Source: Azolla caroliniana
Lineage: Eukaryota; Plantae; Polypodiophyta
Assembly: GCA_043228905.1 (NCBI GenBank)
Contig: JBHGNT010000005.1
Location: 20,894,001-20,958,000 of the forward strand
Direction of reading: 5' to 3'
DNA: 64,000 nt
The stretch's first letter is position 1. The number at the start of each line of letters is the position of its first letter. Both the position numbers and the translations under genes were made by a program. This document shows positions 63,886-64,000 of the stretch, in pieces. Below the pieces are notes generated by a model. The model made no database searches. It was not told the DNA's origin and saw only the letters and a list, made by a program, of their open reading frames with translations.

Positions 63886-64000
63886 CTTGACTTCACAAGA
63901 AAATACCAAAACTAATGTACTAACAACCAAGGCTCTAATACCAATTTGTTAGGATGACACTCAGATCAAATAGTACATTAGATTAATTAGAAAACAATAA

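Larger units (their letters stand above)
31532..64000 (-). mobile_element. Copia LTR retrotransposon A (Tnt1/Tork-like), outermost element of the nest; 5' LTR cut by window end
   Basis: 3' LTR 31532-32123 (TG..CA) with adjacent PPT. 5' LTR starts at 63947 with the same sequence TGTTAGGATGACACTC. iMet PBS at 63932-63943. Decayed gag-pol at 63885-60845 and 33085-32180. Confidence 0.93.

Overview
Land-plant nuclear DNA with two parts. The first ~31 kb is AT-rich gene space: the 3' part of an SS4/SS6-type starch synthase gene (13 exons seen, 3 of 12 introns GC-AG), an intron-containing tRNA-Met(CAU), a pyroglutamyl peptidase gene, an intronless EF-hand gene, a RabA/Rab11 gene, hAT-type MITEs, microsatellites and a near full-length RTEX-like LINE with an 89-bp flanking duplication. 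The last ~32.5 kb is a four-level LTR-retrotransposon nest in which every internal insertion has a readable 5-bp target-site duplication (TSD): Copia A(-) contains Copia B(+); B contains solo LTR C and Gypsy D(+); D contains Copia E(-) and a very young Copia F(+). The top candidate for new biology is Gypsy D. It has no polypurine tract (PPT). In that position it carries a sense copy of the 3' end of its own primer tRNA (T-stem + GGGCGTG-CCA), the reverse complement of its primer-binding site (PBS), directly after a ~1020-codon extra ORF. This suggests tRNA-primed plus-strand synthesis or a self-encoded primer. Also notable: Copia F gag and pol are split by one in-frame TAA inside a removable 60-nt GT..AG segment. 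All coordinates were read by eye, family and clade assignments come from remembered motifs, and no searches were run.
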